Part shown: piece after piece, positions 29,456 through 38,960 of the stretch
How positions within the stretch are numbered: the stretch's first letter is position 1
How the letters are laid out: each line of letters opens with the position of its first letter
Assembly (NCBI GenBank): GCA_964630685.1
Contig: CAZVVW010000001.1
Coordinates: 94,236-155,843 of the forward strand
Source: an uncultured Methanosarcinales archaeon
GTDB taxonomy: Archaea; Nanobdellota; Nanobdellia; Woesearchaeales; BS150m-G63
DNA length: 61,608 nucleotides
Direction of reading: 5' to 3'
Notes under the pieces: generated by a model
Told to the model about the DNA's origin: nothing
The model's database searches: none
The model's input: the letters and a program-made list of their open reading frames with translations, nothing else
Position numbers and translations under genes: made by a program

Positions 29456-29908
29456 ATGGAATTAAAAGAATTTCTTGCTAAAGCACATAAAAATATGTAT
29501 GCTAAAGACGGTGAAGCTAATGAAAATTTGCTTAAAGATGGTGCTAAAGAATTAGTTTATGAAAAAGAAGGGTACAAATGTAGGGATAGATATTTTGGTT
29601 TTGATCCTTTTATAGGTGAAGAAGTTGTTTGGAAAGAAGGGAAAATTATTTGGGGTATGAATTATTATGGAAAAGTGATTGCAAAAGAAGTTTCTGCCAA
29701 AAAAGTTTATGGGTTTCTAAAAAAAGCTATGAGCAAAGTTGAAAAAGATAGGCCTTTTAGGGGCCCTGATAATTTTAAGGATGGAGATTTTGAATATACA
29801 GATGAAAATGCTGGAGATGTTGATGACTTTTTTGGTGTTGAGAAAATTTACTATAAAACCATACAAGTTTATAGATTAAATTACCATGGTGGTAATGTGA
29901 AAAAATAA
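29456..29908 (+). CDS. DUF5680-like protein
   Basis: DRYFG...GEEVV...WGMNYYG...PFRGP...YHGG. Confidence 0.75.
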   Translation: MELKEFLAKAHKNMYAKDGEANENLLKDGAKELVYEKEGYKCRDRYFGFDPFIGEEVVWKEGKIIWGMNYYGKVIAKEVSAKKVYGFLKKAMSKVEKDRPFRGPDNFKDGDFEYTDENAGDVDDFFGVEKIYYKTIQVYRLNYHGGNVKK

Positions 29909-29918
29909 GTTTTTGTGT

Positions 29919-30065
29919 CTATTTCTTCTTTTTTGACTCTTTTTTATTTAATCTTTCAATTCTTTTTTGACAATCATCACAGTAATAAGTTTTTCTCTCT
30001 CCACTAAGAATAACATACCTCTTTTTACATAATCTGCAATATTGAACTGTTTTGTAACTAACCAT
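29919..30065 (-). CDS. Small basic Zn-ribbon protein
   Basis: MVSYKTVQYCRLCKKRYVILSGERKTYYCDDCQKRIERLNKKESKKKK; below the ORF-track cutoff. Confidence 0.7.
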   Translation of the reverse strand: MVSYKTVQYCRLCKKRYVILSGERKTYYCDDCQKRIERLNKKESKKKK

Positions 30066-30232
30066 TAAATAAAGTTAATGTAAGGTTCTTTTTAAAACCT
30101 CTGGTTAAATTTTACAAGAAATCCGGGAGTAAAGACTATGTTGTTCTGTAAAACAAAAAGTTTTACAAAAGCCATTATCGGCATTTACTAAAACCGATAA
30201 AACTTAAAAAATGTCTTGAATGTTTAATAATT

Positions 30233-30565
30233 TTAATTTATGTAATAAAGTTGCATTATAAAATCAAGAATATATGGCTTTTTTTTGTATGTTTTTAGTG
30301 CTTCTTGTTCTGTTTCTTGTTCATATTGAGTTATATCTTTGATGTATTGGGTTTTTGAATAATAAACATCATCTCTTGCGTGAACAAATTCATGTAAAAT
30401 AGTTATATCCTCATCAGATTTAGATTCTATTGCTGGAGTGTAAATGAAAACTTCTAAAGAATTAGGATCATATTCACCTTTGAATCCATTGGGACTTGGC
30501 TGTTTCTTAAAGTGCATATTAACCCCTTCTTCATACACTTTAACTAACTGATTAATAGTTAACAT
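30233..30565 (-). CDS. Small HEXXH zincin-like metallopeptidase
   Basis: TILHEFVH with downstream E residues. Confidence 0.65.
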   Translation of the reverse strand: MLTINQLVKVYEEGVNMHFKKQPSPNGFKGEYDPNSLEVFIYTPAIESKSDEDITILHEFVHARDDVYYSKTQYIKDITQYEQETEQEALKTYKKKPYILDFIMQLYYIN

Positions 30566-30679
30566 TAATATATTATATAGGGTTTTATAATTTATATATT
30601 TTTTGGAAAATGTGTTTTTGTAGAATTTCCGAATTTAATTAATTAATTTTATAAAGAAGTTCTGATTTATCCAAGAGTT

Positions 30680-31861
30680 ATGGCCTTAACATATAAAGCT
30701 AATTTGTGGAAAATATATTTGTTTGCGTTTTTAACAGGTTTGCATTTTATCGGTGGAGTGTTAGTTCCATTCTACACTCAATGGGGAGGAATAACTTTTG
30801 GCCAAATAATGATCTTACAATCATTTTTCATGCTTTCTGTGTTTTTGTTAGAGATACCTACTGGAACAATAGCAGATCATATGGGGAGAAAACAGAGTTT
30901 ATTATTTGGGACAATTGTTTCTGCAATTGGTGCTTTAGTGTATGCTAGTACTCCTAATTTCTTTGTGTTTTTATTGGGTGAATTTTTGTTAGCTGTTGCT
31001 GTGGCATTATTCTCTGGTGCTAAAGAGGCTTTTGTGTATGATACTTTAAAGAAAATTAAGAGTGAAAAACAGTCAAAAAAGATATTTGGACGACTTCATA
31101 GCATTCATTTATCTGCTATAATGATTGGAGCTCCAATAGGGAGTGTTATAGGTGCTAAATTTGGTTTAAATGTGCCTATGGCTTTATTTGCTTTTCCTAC
31201 ACTTATTGCGTTTTTTGTTGGATTGAGTTTTAAAGAACCTATAACTAGGAAAAAACAAGAATCAACTCGTTATTTGAAGATTTTAAAAGAAGGAGTTCGT
31301 TTCTTTTATAAGAATAAAATCCTAAAAATATTGGCTTTTGATATGATTTCAATATCTGCCATTGCTTATTTTATGATTTGGCTTTACCAGCCAATGTTGA
31401 TGAGATCTAATGTAGATGTAGCTTATTTTGGTATTGTACATGCAGGTTTTGTGTTAAGTCAAATATTGATAGCTAATAATTATGTGTTTTTGGAGAAGTT
31501 ATTTGGTTCAAAAAAAGGATTAATATTCTGGAGCTCAATGATTTTAGGAATTATGTTTGTGGTTAGTGGTTTAACTAGTTATCTTCCAGTGATATTGTTA
31601 GTGATTATTCTGGGTGGAGGTTTTGGACTAACAAGAGTGCCTTTGTTCAGCAGTTATATGAACAAATATATTCCTTCAGATAAAAGGGCAACTGTGTTGT
31701 CATCAGTTTCTATGTTAAGAAAGTTTGTGTTAGTTATATTCAATCCTTTTGTGGGTTTTTTAGTAGATTGGTCTTTAAATTACACTTTAATTATGCTTGG
31801 TGTTTTAGCGATTGTGTTTGCTTTTGTATCTCGCGTAGAAGAAAAACATTTACTAGAGTAA
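30680..31861 (+). CDS. MFS transporter
   Basis: EIPTGTIADHMGRK motif A; about 12 TM helices. Confidence 0.92.
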   Translation: MALTYKANLWKIYLFAFLTGLHFIGGVLVPFYTQWGGITFGQIMILQSFFMLSVFLLEIPTGTIADHMGRKQSLLFGTIVSAIGALVYASTPNFFVFLLGEFLLAVAVALFSGAKEAFVYDTLKKIKSEKQSKKIFGRLHSIHLSAIMIGAPIGSVIGAKFGLNVPMALFAFPTLIAFFVGLSFKEPITRKKQESTRYLKILKEGVRFFYKNKILKILAFDMISISAIAYFMIWLYQPMLMRSNVDVAYFGIVHAGFVLSQILIANNYVFLEKLFGSKKGLIFWSSMILGIMFVVSGLTSYLPVILLVIILGGGFGLTRVPLFSSYMNKYIPSDKRATVLSSVSMLRKFVLVIFNPFVGFLVDWSLNYTLIMLGVLAIVFAFVSRVEEKHLLE

Positions 31862-31951
31862 ATCTTTTTCTTCTCCATTTTAAATTGGGATTTAAAACGT
31901 AAAAGAAAAACACCTAATTGATTAATTAATTTTTAATATTTTAAATGATGT

Positions 31952-32470
31952 TTAGAAATTTGGAATCCAGCTAAACCTCATCTCACCCCTTATTTTTTTA
32001 TAGTGATATAATTTTTTAAAATCATATAAATGTCCATATTTTTCAGCAACTACTCTAGCCACTTGTCTGTCGCACCAGAGAAACATGTAAGGATTAAGGA
32101 ATCTCTTATCGAATCCTTGTTTTTTTACAACTTCTTCTAGCCTTTTCTTTTTATCAAAACTTTCTTTTCCTACAGCAACCATGGCTAATCCACCTGCCGC
32201 AATTCCATATGAAAGTACATCATTGATGAAGTTATCTGATTGATGTAGTCTATATGCGCCTACAAAATTAATTGCTGCTATTGTTTCAAATAATGCAGCT
32301 GTTTTGTAAAATTCTTTTGCTTTCCAATAGATTTTTTTTGAGCTTTTTTTGAAATATTCTTTAGTCTCTGGACTTGGTTTTAGTTTTTCTTCTAATTTTG
32401 AGTAATACTTAGGCATCTCGGCAACTTTTTCTTTTACATAATTTTTTAATTCTGGATTTATTTTAGTCAT
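31952..32470 (-). CDS. Hypothetical membrane protein
   Basis: Two hydrophobic helices; ATGA overlap with the upstream gene. Confidence 0.65.
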   Translation of the reverse strand: MTKINPELKNYVKEKVAEMPKYYSKLEEKLKPSPETKEYFKKSSKKIYWKAKEFYKTAALFETIAAINFVGAYRLHQSDNFINDVLSYGIAAGGLAMVAVGKESFDKKKRLEEVVKKQGFDKRFLNPYMFLWCDRQVARVVAEKYGHLYDFKKLYHYKKIRGEMRFSWIPNF

Positions 32471-32985
32471 TTTACTAATTCTCTTTCTAAAATAGTTTGT
32501 TTGTAAGCTTGAAGTATTGCTTTTGATTTTATGTCTTCTGGAGTTATGTACATTGTGTGTGTTTTATAGAATAAATGAATATCTGCTTTTTTGTCTAATT
32601 GTTCAAGACATTGTTCTAAACTCTGATAAAAAATTGAACTCACAAAATCAGGATCTGTTGCACCTAAAGGGGTGTCTTCTTTAGATAATTTAACAACTAA
32701 TGTATCCTTATCTTTAGTTATTCTTTCTATATCATAACCTAAAAAGCCAATTTTTCTTTCAACTTTAGAGAGTTTTTCAGATAATTTATCAGCTCTTTGC
32801 TGGTCTTTATGGTCTCGATAATTTTTCCAAGAATCAAATCCTTTTTCTTTTAAGCTGGTATGACCATAAACTGTGTTGTAATGAATCCCTGTCTTTCTAG
32901 CTATGTCTGCAATAGTTTTTCCTTGTGAACGAAGTCTGCCTATCTTGGCTATTTTATTTTTAGGTAATTTATTCATATTCTCCAT
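32467..32985 (-). CDS. N-terminal HTH protein
   Basis: LRSQGKTIADIARKTGIHYNTVY. Confidence 0.65.
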   Translation of the reverse strand: MENMNKLPKNKIAKIGRLRSQGKTIADIARKTGIHYNTVYGHTSLKEKGFDSWKNYRDHKDQQRADKLSEKLSKVERKIGFLGYDIERITKDKDTLVVKLSKEDTPLGATDPDFVSSIFYQSLEQCLEQLDKKADIHLFYKTHTMYITPEDIKSKAILQAYKQTILERELVK

Positions 32986-33241
32986 GAATTAGGTTATGCC
33001 CAAATAAATATCTATCTTTTTCTTGCTTTAATTCTTTTTTGCTTCTTTCTTGTTCTCTAATGTTGTCTTCTTGATTTGATAGGTATTCTGAATAATTCTT
33101 TTTTGAGTACCTTCTGTTATTGCCTAATTCATCAAGAATCTCTTCTACTAAAAAAGGGTCTGTTTTTGAGCTAAATCCTTCTTCAGCTAAATCTGTTATC
33201 TTCATTACCTCTAATGCTTGTTCTAATCTACTTTTTACCAT
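32969..33241 (-). CDS. Hypothetical protein
   Basis: Overlaps both neighbours in the operon. Confidence 0.6.
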   Translation of the reverse strand: MVKSRLEQALEVMKITDLAEEGFSSKTDPFLVEEILDELGNNRRYSKKNYSEYLSNQEDNIREQERSKKELKQEKDRYLFGHNLIHGEYE

Positions 33242-33756
33242 ATTGATCCTCCGAAAACAGAATATCCATTTTCAAAAAGAAGTTTGGTTAGTTTTAAGTT
33301 TCTTTTCATTTGTTTGAATATTCTTGATTTTTCTTCTTTTGAATGTGCGTTCGGAATATATTTTATTCTTTCTTTTGAATAATAAATTCTTTCATTTGAT
33401 GGAAAAGTATAATTTGCTGTGGGATCCATTTCTGAAATATTTTCTAGATTTTGTATATTTTCTTTCAACATTTCGGGGCAATCTCCCTTTGAAATAGATT
33501 GTTCTAAACAACCAACCCACCTTTTTAAATTTTTAGTTGAATCTTTTATCTCAATTAAATAATGTTTTTCGTCGACTTTTATTGTTTCAGAGTAAAATTC
33601 CTCCATTAATGTATTCAGTTCTAATTCTTTATTCATTCTTTCTGTTCTATAGGTGTTTATGATGTTATCATAATCTTGGAAATTAGATTCTATGGAACTG
33701 AGTTCATTGATTTTTTTTCGTAGTTCTTTTACTTTTAATCTTTTTTCTAAATCCAT
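33235..33756 (-). CDS. Hypothetical protein with N-terminal coiled coil
   Basis: 173-aa ORF in the operon. Confidence 0.6.
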   Translation of the reverse strand: MDLEKRLKVKELRKKINELSSIESNFQDYDNIINTYRTERMNKELELNTLMEEFYSETIKVDEKHYLIEIKDSTKNLKRWVGCLEQSISKGDCPEMLKENIQNLENISEMDPTANYTFPSNERIYYSKERIKYIPNAHSKEEKSRIFKQMKRNLKLTKLLFENGYSVFGGSIW

Positions 33757-33799
33757 TTTATTAAATTGATTTTATTTTTGTGTTTCATTTGGTTTTATT

Positions 33800-34570
33800 T
33801 TATTCTTTTCCTAACAACATTTCTTTAAAATTCTTTTTTACATACATTTTTCCATTACTAAATTTAGATAGTTTATTTTTATTAAAAATCCTGCTTATAT
33901 TTTCCCTACTTGCACCTATAAATCTTGATAATTCTAATTGAGGCAATCTATCTATCTGAAAATATTCTGAACCATGGTTAAGCATTTTAGAGTTAAGTTG
34001 ATTTGAGAGAAAATCCAATAAATAATATATTTTTTGGTGTTGATTTAATTTATTATATCTCATTTTGCTTACATCTGTTAATCTATTAATTTTTTCTTTT
34101 TTGAGGTGTTTTAGGTTTTCTTGTATTTGTGAATTATAAGGATTTCCTATTGCTTTTGTATTCTGCATTTTTTCTATTAATTCTGCCTGTTTTCTTGGAG
34201 GTATTACTAAAATAGTAGAATCTTTTAGAGATTCCCAATAATTTGAAGGACCATAAGTTAAAAATTCTTCTCCAAATATTTGATCTTGAGTAATTAAATC
34301 TTGATTTAGTGTAAGAAACTTGTCAGGTAAAGAAACATCGCATTTTTCTAGATAAACCCCCTCAATAACATAATAAAGGTTTTCTTGGTAATTTTTTGGG
34401 TATCTAACACTTTCTTTAAGATTTACTTGAGTTCCTTTTTGAGTATATCTAATATTACATCCAGAGAGAATTTTTTTTAATTTTTCTTTATTTTGTTGAT
34501 TAAATCCATAACTTAGTGAGTTTTGCCCAATCACTTTTTCTAAATCCTCTGCTTTTGATGAGTATTTCAT
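33800..34570 (-). CDS. CRP/FNR-like regulator (divergent cNMP-binding fold + CRP HTH)
   Basis: LYYVIEG and IFGE (cNMP barrel); QLELSRFIGASRENISRIFN (CRP HTH). Confidence 0.75.
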   Translation of the reverse strand: MKYSSKAEDLEKVIGQNSLSYGFNQQNKEKLKKILSGCNIRYTQKGTQVNLKESVRYPKNYQENLYYVIEGVYLEKCDVSLPDKFLTLNQDLITQDQIFGEEFLTYGPSNYWESLKDSTILVIPPRKQAELIEKMQNTKAIGNPYNSQIQENLKHLKKEKINRLTDVSKMRYNKLNQHQKIYYLLDFLSNQLNSKMLNHGSEYFQIDRLPQLELSRFIGASRENISRIFNKNKLSKFSNGKMYVKKNFKEMLLGKE

Positions 34571-34698
34571 CTTTTTAGGAACCTCTTGATTGCTTCTTCT
34601 ATGAAATGTGATTTATTTCTAAAAGGGCTTTCTCTAACATGTTCTCTTATCTGTTGTACGAGCTCTTCGTCTATGGATGCTGTTAATATCTGTTTCAT
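34567..34698 (-). CDS. Ribbon-helix-helix protein (43 aa)
   Basis: MKQILTASIDEELVQQIREHVRESPFRNKSHFIEEAIKRFLKR; ATGA overlap with the CRP-like gene; below the ORF-track cutoff. Confidence 0.8.
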   Translation of the reverse strand: MKQILTASIDEELVQQIREHVRESPFRNKSHFIEEAIKRFLKR

Positions 34699-34739
34699 TT
34701 TAGTTTTTTATTAAATTAAATTAAATTAAATTAAAAGAA

Positions 34740-35705
34740 TTAATCTAAACGTTCAAAACCTTTTAATCCTATTTTTAAACTTGGTTTTATATATTCTTGT
34801 TTAAGATCTTTCATTCTTTCACTAATTCCTGGAATAGATACATAAGTTGTTCCTGATTTGATTATTGGTTGATAGAACTCTTTTATTTTTTCATCCAAAT
34901 CAAAACCATCTCTAAGTAAAATCAATTCTCCAGTTGTTTTTGTAACTCTTTTTCCTTCTTTAGTTAACGCGTTAAAGATTTTTGCATAACTAGGATTATT
35001 AATTGTGTTTGCTGATAATTCAAAACGGTTCCCTTCTATATTCATCTGTATTTTTTTAAGTTTATTTGGGAGATTATCTTTATTGTAAGGTATTTGTTCT
35101 TTTAATTTATCTTGAAAGGGTTTAACTATCTTCTTTTTTAAATCGTTTAATATATGTTTAGAATCTGTATAAAGAATTGCCCCATATTCATTTAATTGAT
35201 TGTAAGGTTCATCAGGTAACATAACCCCATGACTAAATTCTTCTTCGCCTTCATGTGAATATGTGATTGTTTGTTTAATATTTTCTTCTGATACTTCTTC
35301 CTTAAATTCGCTGATTTTTTGAATTAAATTATCTAACGTAGTGTAAGGTGTTTCATCCATTGTAAACACATTTTTTCTTTTTATACCTTCATTATAATCT
35401 CTTTCTAGAAATTTAAAATAATCAGTTATATTTTTGAATATCTCTGAAGATTTTGGTTTTTTTTGTCTTATTTCATTACATACTTTAAAATGGTATTTTC
35501 CTAAATCAAATTCAGAATCAATTTTCTTTCTAGGTAAATTTTCATTATCATAATGGGTTTCTTTTTTTAATTGAGATTCAAAAGGATTAATAATATAATG
35601 TTCTAAAAGATCTATCCCCCTTTTTGCTTTAAAATAATTGTTTGTATTTTCTGCATCAAGATTTGTGAATTCAGGTAAGATTTTTACAAGATTAGGGTTT
35701 TCCAT
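34740..35705 (-). CDS. Hypothetical protein with internal two-fold repeat
   Basis: IINPFESQLKKETHYDNENLP versus IVKPFQDKLKEQIPYNKDNLP. Confidence 0.7.
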   Translation of the reverse strand: MENPNLVKILPEFTNLDAENTNNYFKAKRGIDLLEHYIINPFESQLKKETHYDNENLPRKKIDSEFDLGKYHFKVCNEIRQKKPKSSEIFKNITDYFKFLERDYNEGIKRKNVFTMDETPYTTLDNLIQKISEFKEEVSEENIKQTITYSHEGEEEFSHGVMLPDEPYNQLNEYGAILYTDSKHILNDLKKKIVKPFQDKLKEQIPYNKDNLPNKLKKIQMNIEGNRFELSANTINNPSYAKIFNALTKEGKRVTKTTGELILLRDGFDLDEKIKEFYQPIIKSGTTYVSIPGISERMKDLKQEYIKPSLKIGLKGFERLD

Positions 35706-35791
35706 TTTATTTTCTCCATCACCACTTAATAATTCTTATTAATTTTTATTAAGTATTTATAAGTTTTTGCTTTTTTACTACTGAAAAGTTA

Positions 35792-36724
35792 TCAAGAAAG
35801 ATTCAGAAGAGTTTTGAGCTCTTTTAGGTTTTTTGTTTTAGATATATTTTCTCTTAATGTTCTTCCACCTATCGAGCCTTTAGTAAAGTGCATTGCATGA
35901 GTTCTTATTACTGAAAATTTGATGTTGAACTCTCTTAAGTATTTGAGATATTTTGAAAAAGCTTTGAGTTTATCTTTATTTGTGTAAGTTTTGTAGGTTC
36001 CTTTTGTGAGGTAATCATTAATTTGTTTGAAGATGAATGGGTTTCCTTGCGCTGCTCTTCCTATCATTATGTAATCACAACCTGTTTGAGATAGCATTTC
36101 CTTGGCTTTTTCAGGTGTTGTTATGTCTCCATTACCTACTATTGGAAGCTTTACTGATTGTTTTAACTCTTTTATTAGACTCCAATCAGATGTGCCTGAA
36201 TACCTTTGTTTTATGGTCCTAGGGTGTAGTGTGAGTAGAGATACGCCTGCTTTTTCTGCTATTTTAGCTATTTTTAAGAATAAATATCTGTTTTTTTGAT
36301 TTACACCTGCACGCATCTTTAGAGTTATTGGTTTTTTTACTGAATTTACAAGTGTCTTGAGGATTTTTTCAGTTAATTCTGGTTTTTGTAACAGTGCTGC
36401 TCCTGCCATGTTTTTGGTTATTGTTGGAGATGGGCATCCCATGTTGTAATCTATTATGTCAAAAAAAGGTTCAACTAATTGTGCTGCTTTTTTTAGAAGT
36501 TTTACATCTGAGCCAAATAACTGAATAGCTTTAGGTGATTCTTTTTTTGAGAATTGAATAAATTCTTTTAAGTCTTTTTCTCTTGCTGTTACTGCATGAA
36601 TACTTGTTAATTCTGTTGTGGTTAAAGCAGCGCCATATTCTTGGCAAAGCAATCTAAAAGCAGGATCTGTTATTCCCGCCATTGGTGCGAGAAATGTTCT
36701 TGATTTGAATTTTGGGAGTTTCAT
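35792..36724 (-). CDS. tRNA-dihydrouridine synthase
   Basis: LAPMAGITD, QLFG, NMGCP, HPRT, GNGDI and MIGRAA motifs. Confidence 0.93.
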   Translation of the reverse strand: MKLPKFKSRTFLAPMAGITDPAFRLLCQEYGAALTTTELTSIHAVTAREKDLKEFIQFSKKESPKAIQLFGSDVKLLKKAAQLVEPFFDIIDYNMGCPSPTITKNMAGAALLQKPELTEKILKTLVNSVKKPITLKMRAGVNQKNRYLFLKIAKIAEKAGVSLLTLHPRTIKQRYSGTSDWSLIKELKQSVKLPIVGNGDITTPEKAKEMLSQTGCDYIMIGRAAQGNPFIFKQINDYLTKGTYKTYTNKDKLKAFSKYLKYLREFNIKFSVIRTHAMHFTKGSIGGRTLRENISKTKNLKELKTLLNLS

Positions 36725-37257
36725 GGTAATATGAAATTTTTAATAATTGATTCATTTCTGACTTCTGGATGAAATATTATGCCATAAAATGGTTTGTGTT
36801 TGTGTTTTATTGCTTGGATTGAATCATTTTCTGATATAGCTAAAATATCAAATTTATTGATGTTGGTTAGTGAATTTTGATGTAAATTATAAGCTTCAAA
36901 CTCTTTTGAAAATAATTTATTTAGGTTTTTTGTAATTACTTTTGTCATTCCTATTTCTTTTTGTTTGATTAATTTTGCATTAAATGTTAAGGCAATTATT
37001 TGCATGCCAGAACAGATTCCAAGTACTTCTTTTTCTGTGTTTTTCAGCCAGGAGAATTTTGTTAAATAGTTTAAGTATTCATTATCTTTTAATGCTGTTC
37101 CACAAATTATTATTTTTTCATAATCATCAACATAACCAATATCTTTGTAATATTTAATTTTATATTCTTTTTTTGAATTTTTGACTATATTAACTATTGG
37201 TTTTACGAATTCTTCTTCACTGAGCTTGTTTTGGCATGTGCTGATTATGAGTATCAT
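36721..37257 (-). CDS. Class I glutamine amidotransferase (GuaA-like small subunit)
   Basis: LGICSGMQ and FHPE motifs. Confidence 0.85.
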   Translation of the reverse strand: MILIISTCQNKLSEEEFVKPIVNIVKNSKKEYKIKYYKDIGYVDDYEKIIICGTALKDNEYLNYLTKFSWLKNTEKEVLGICSGMQIIALTFNAKLIKQKEIGMTKVITKNLNKLFSKEFEAYNLHQNSLTNINKFDILAISENDSIQAIKHKHKPFYGIIFHPEVRNESIIKNFILP

Positions 37258-37339
37258 TTTATAGAATAATCTTGGAAGGGTTTATAAAATTAATCTTAAA
37301 TTGCATAAGCTTATAAACTGACGTTATTCTTCTTCATTT

Positions 37340-37720
37340 ATGGTAAGAGCTGAACGTCCATCAAGTTTTGAAGAATTTGCTAAGAGTGGTAAGAGCACTG
37401 ACAAAAGATCTAGTCGTAGTAGAGGTCCTAGTAAAGGGTATGGTAGAAGTTCTAGTCGCGGATCTAGTAGAGGTGGCCGTCCTAGTAGTGGAAGACGAGA
37501 TGGAAGAGACTTTAAGAAAAAAGATTTCCAAAGAACTAAAGTTACTTGTTCTTCTTGTAGTAAAGAATGTGAAGTCCCATTTAAACCTGATTTTTCTAAA
37601 CCAGTGTATTGTGATGATTGTTTTGTAAAAAAAGGTGGTTCAGGTAAAATTTCTAAAGAAGATTTGGATTCTATTAATGAAAAACTAGATAAAATCATCA
37701 AACATTTAAAGATTAAGTGA
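37340..37720 (+). CDS. CxxC-x17-CxxC protein with RG/RS-rich N-terminus
   Basis: CSSCSKECEVPFKP...PVYCDDCF. Confidence 0.85.
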   Translation: MVRAERPSSFEEFAKSGKSTDKRSSRSRGPSKGYGRSSSRGSSRGGRPSSGRRDGRDFKKKDFQRTKVTCSSCSKECEVPFKPDFSKPVYCDDCFVKKGGSGKISKEDLDSINEKLDKIIKHLKIK

Positions 37721-37733
37721 TTGTTTATGAGTT

Positions 37734-38105
37734 TTATTTATTCTCCTTTTCTTTTGCTTTAGCTATAAACCATAATCTTTCTTCATCTTCTAAAGATACT
37801 TTTTCTCCTGTGAAAATCCATGGTTTTCTTCGTTTTATTTTTTCAATAGCGCCTTCTATTACTTCTTTAGCTGTGAAAAGTTTTTTTTCTTCTGCTACAA
37901 CCATTAAAAACATCAAGTCCCAAAGAGAATCTCCCATTTCTTCTTTTAAATTTTCAGTATCATTGTTTTGTATTGCTAATTTTATCTCTTCTACTTCTTT
38001 GACTAACTCTACATGTCTTTTTTCAAAAGTATCTTTTTTAGACCAAGGAGATACTTCTCTGTCCAGTTTTAATATTTTAAATAATTCTTCAAATCTTTCT
38101 TTCAT
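37734..38105 (-). CDS. MazG-like nucleotide pyrophosphohydrolase
   Basis: PWSKK, EVEE, EEMGD, RRKPWIF and W..AK motifs. Confidence 0.88.
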   Translation of the reverse strand: MKERFEELFKILKLDREVSPWSKKDTFEKRHVELVKEVEEIKLAIQNNDTENLKEEMGDSLWDLMFLMVVAEEKKLFTAKEVIEGAIEKIKRRKPWIFTGEKVSLEDEERLWFIAKAKEKENK

Positions 38106-38201
38106 GTTTTTTTGAAAGAAATGCTTTAAGGTTTTTTACCTTATTGTCTTTCTTTCATGTTTTTTTGAAAGAAATGCTTTAAGGTTTTTTACCTTATTGT
38201 C
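38094..38201. repeat. 53-bp tandem duplication abutting the N gap (38202-38301)
   Basis: Unit starts at 38094 and again at 38147; may be an assembly artefact. Confidence 0.6.
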
Positions 38202-38312
38202 NNNNNNNNNNNNNNNNNNNNNNNNNNNNNNNNNNNNNNNNNNNNNNNNNNNNNNNNNNNNNNNNNNNNNNNNNNNNNNNNNNNNNNNNNNNNNNNNNNN
38301 NTTTCTTTCATT

Positions 38313-38960
38313 TTATCTAAACCTATCTACATTTATTTTTTTACAATATTTATTTATTGGACATTCGCTACATTTAGGCGATATTGGTTTGCAAATTGTC
38401 TGTCCAAATTGTACAAAAACATGATTAAATTCCTTCCAGTGTTTTTTAGGTAATTCTTTTTCTAACTCCTTTTCTGTCTGTTCAGGAGTTTTTGTTTTAA
38501 TCCACCCTATCCTGTTTGGGATTCTGTGACAGTGAGTATCAATAGGTAATGCATATTGGTCAAACGCAAATGCTAAAACTATATTTGCTGTTTTAGGGCC
38601 TACACCTTTTATGCTTAATAATTGTTCTTTGGTGTTGGGTGTTTTATTATTAAATCTCGTTAAAATTTCTTTTGAAACGTGTTTTAATATTCGTGCTTTC
38701 TTTTTGTAGTGTCCTGAAGAAAATATTAATTGTTCTAATTTTTTATCTGAAAGAGCTATTATTGCTTTAGGTGTATCTGCAACTGCAAATAGTCTTTCTG
38801 AAGCGATTTTTGTGTTTTTATCTTGAGTTCTCAAAGAAAGTAAGCAAGAAATAAGTATTTTAAAAGAGTCTGGTTTTCCCCTCATGCTGTTTAAGGTGGT
38901 TAGATTTAGGTCTGGAAATTTTTCTAAGAGTGCTTTCATTATTTCTTTTACATGTTTCAT
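38313..38960 (-). CDS. nth: Endonuclease III
   Basis: HhH motif IKGVGPKTA; IDTH; CKPISPKCSECPINKYC Fe-S cluster motif. Confidence 0.95.
   Translation of the reverse strand: MKHVKEIMKALLEKFPDLNLTTLNSMRGKPDSFKILISCLLSLRTQDKNTKIASERLFAVADTPKAIIALSDKKLEQLIFSSGHYKKKARILKHVSKEILTRFNNKTPNTKEQLLSIKGVGPKTANIVLAFAFDQYALPIDTHCHRIPNRIGWIKTKTPEQTEKELEKELPKKHWKEFNHVFVQFGQTICKPISPKCSECPINKYCKKINVDRFR

Noticed and set aside
34711..34735. (TTAAA)5 repeat
   Set aside because: Low-complexity AT tract, probably a T-rich terminator region on the minus strand.
38197..38424. ORF across the N gap
   Set aside because: Gap artefact and antisense to nth. The adjacent 53-bp duplication is also probably assembly-related.
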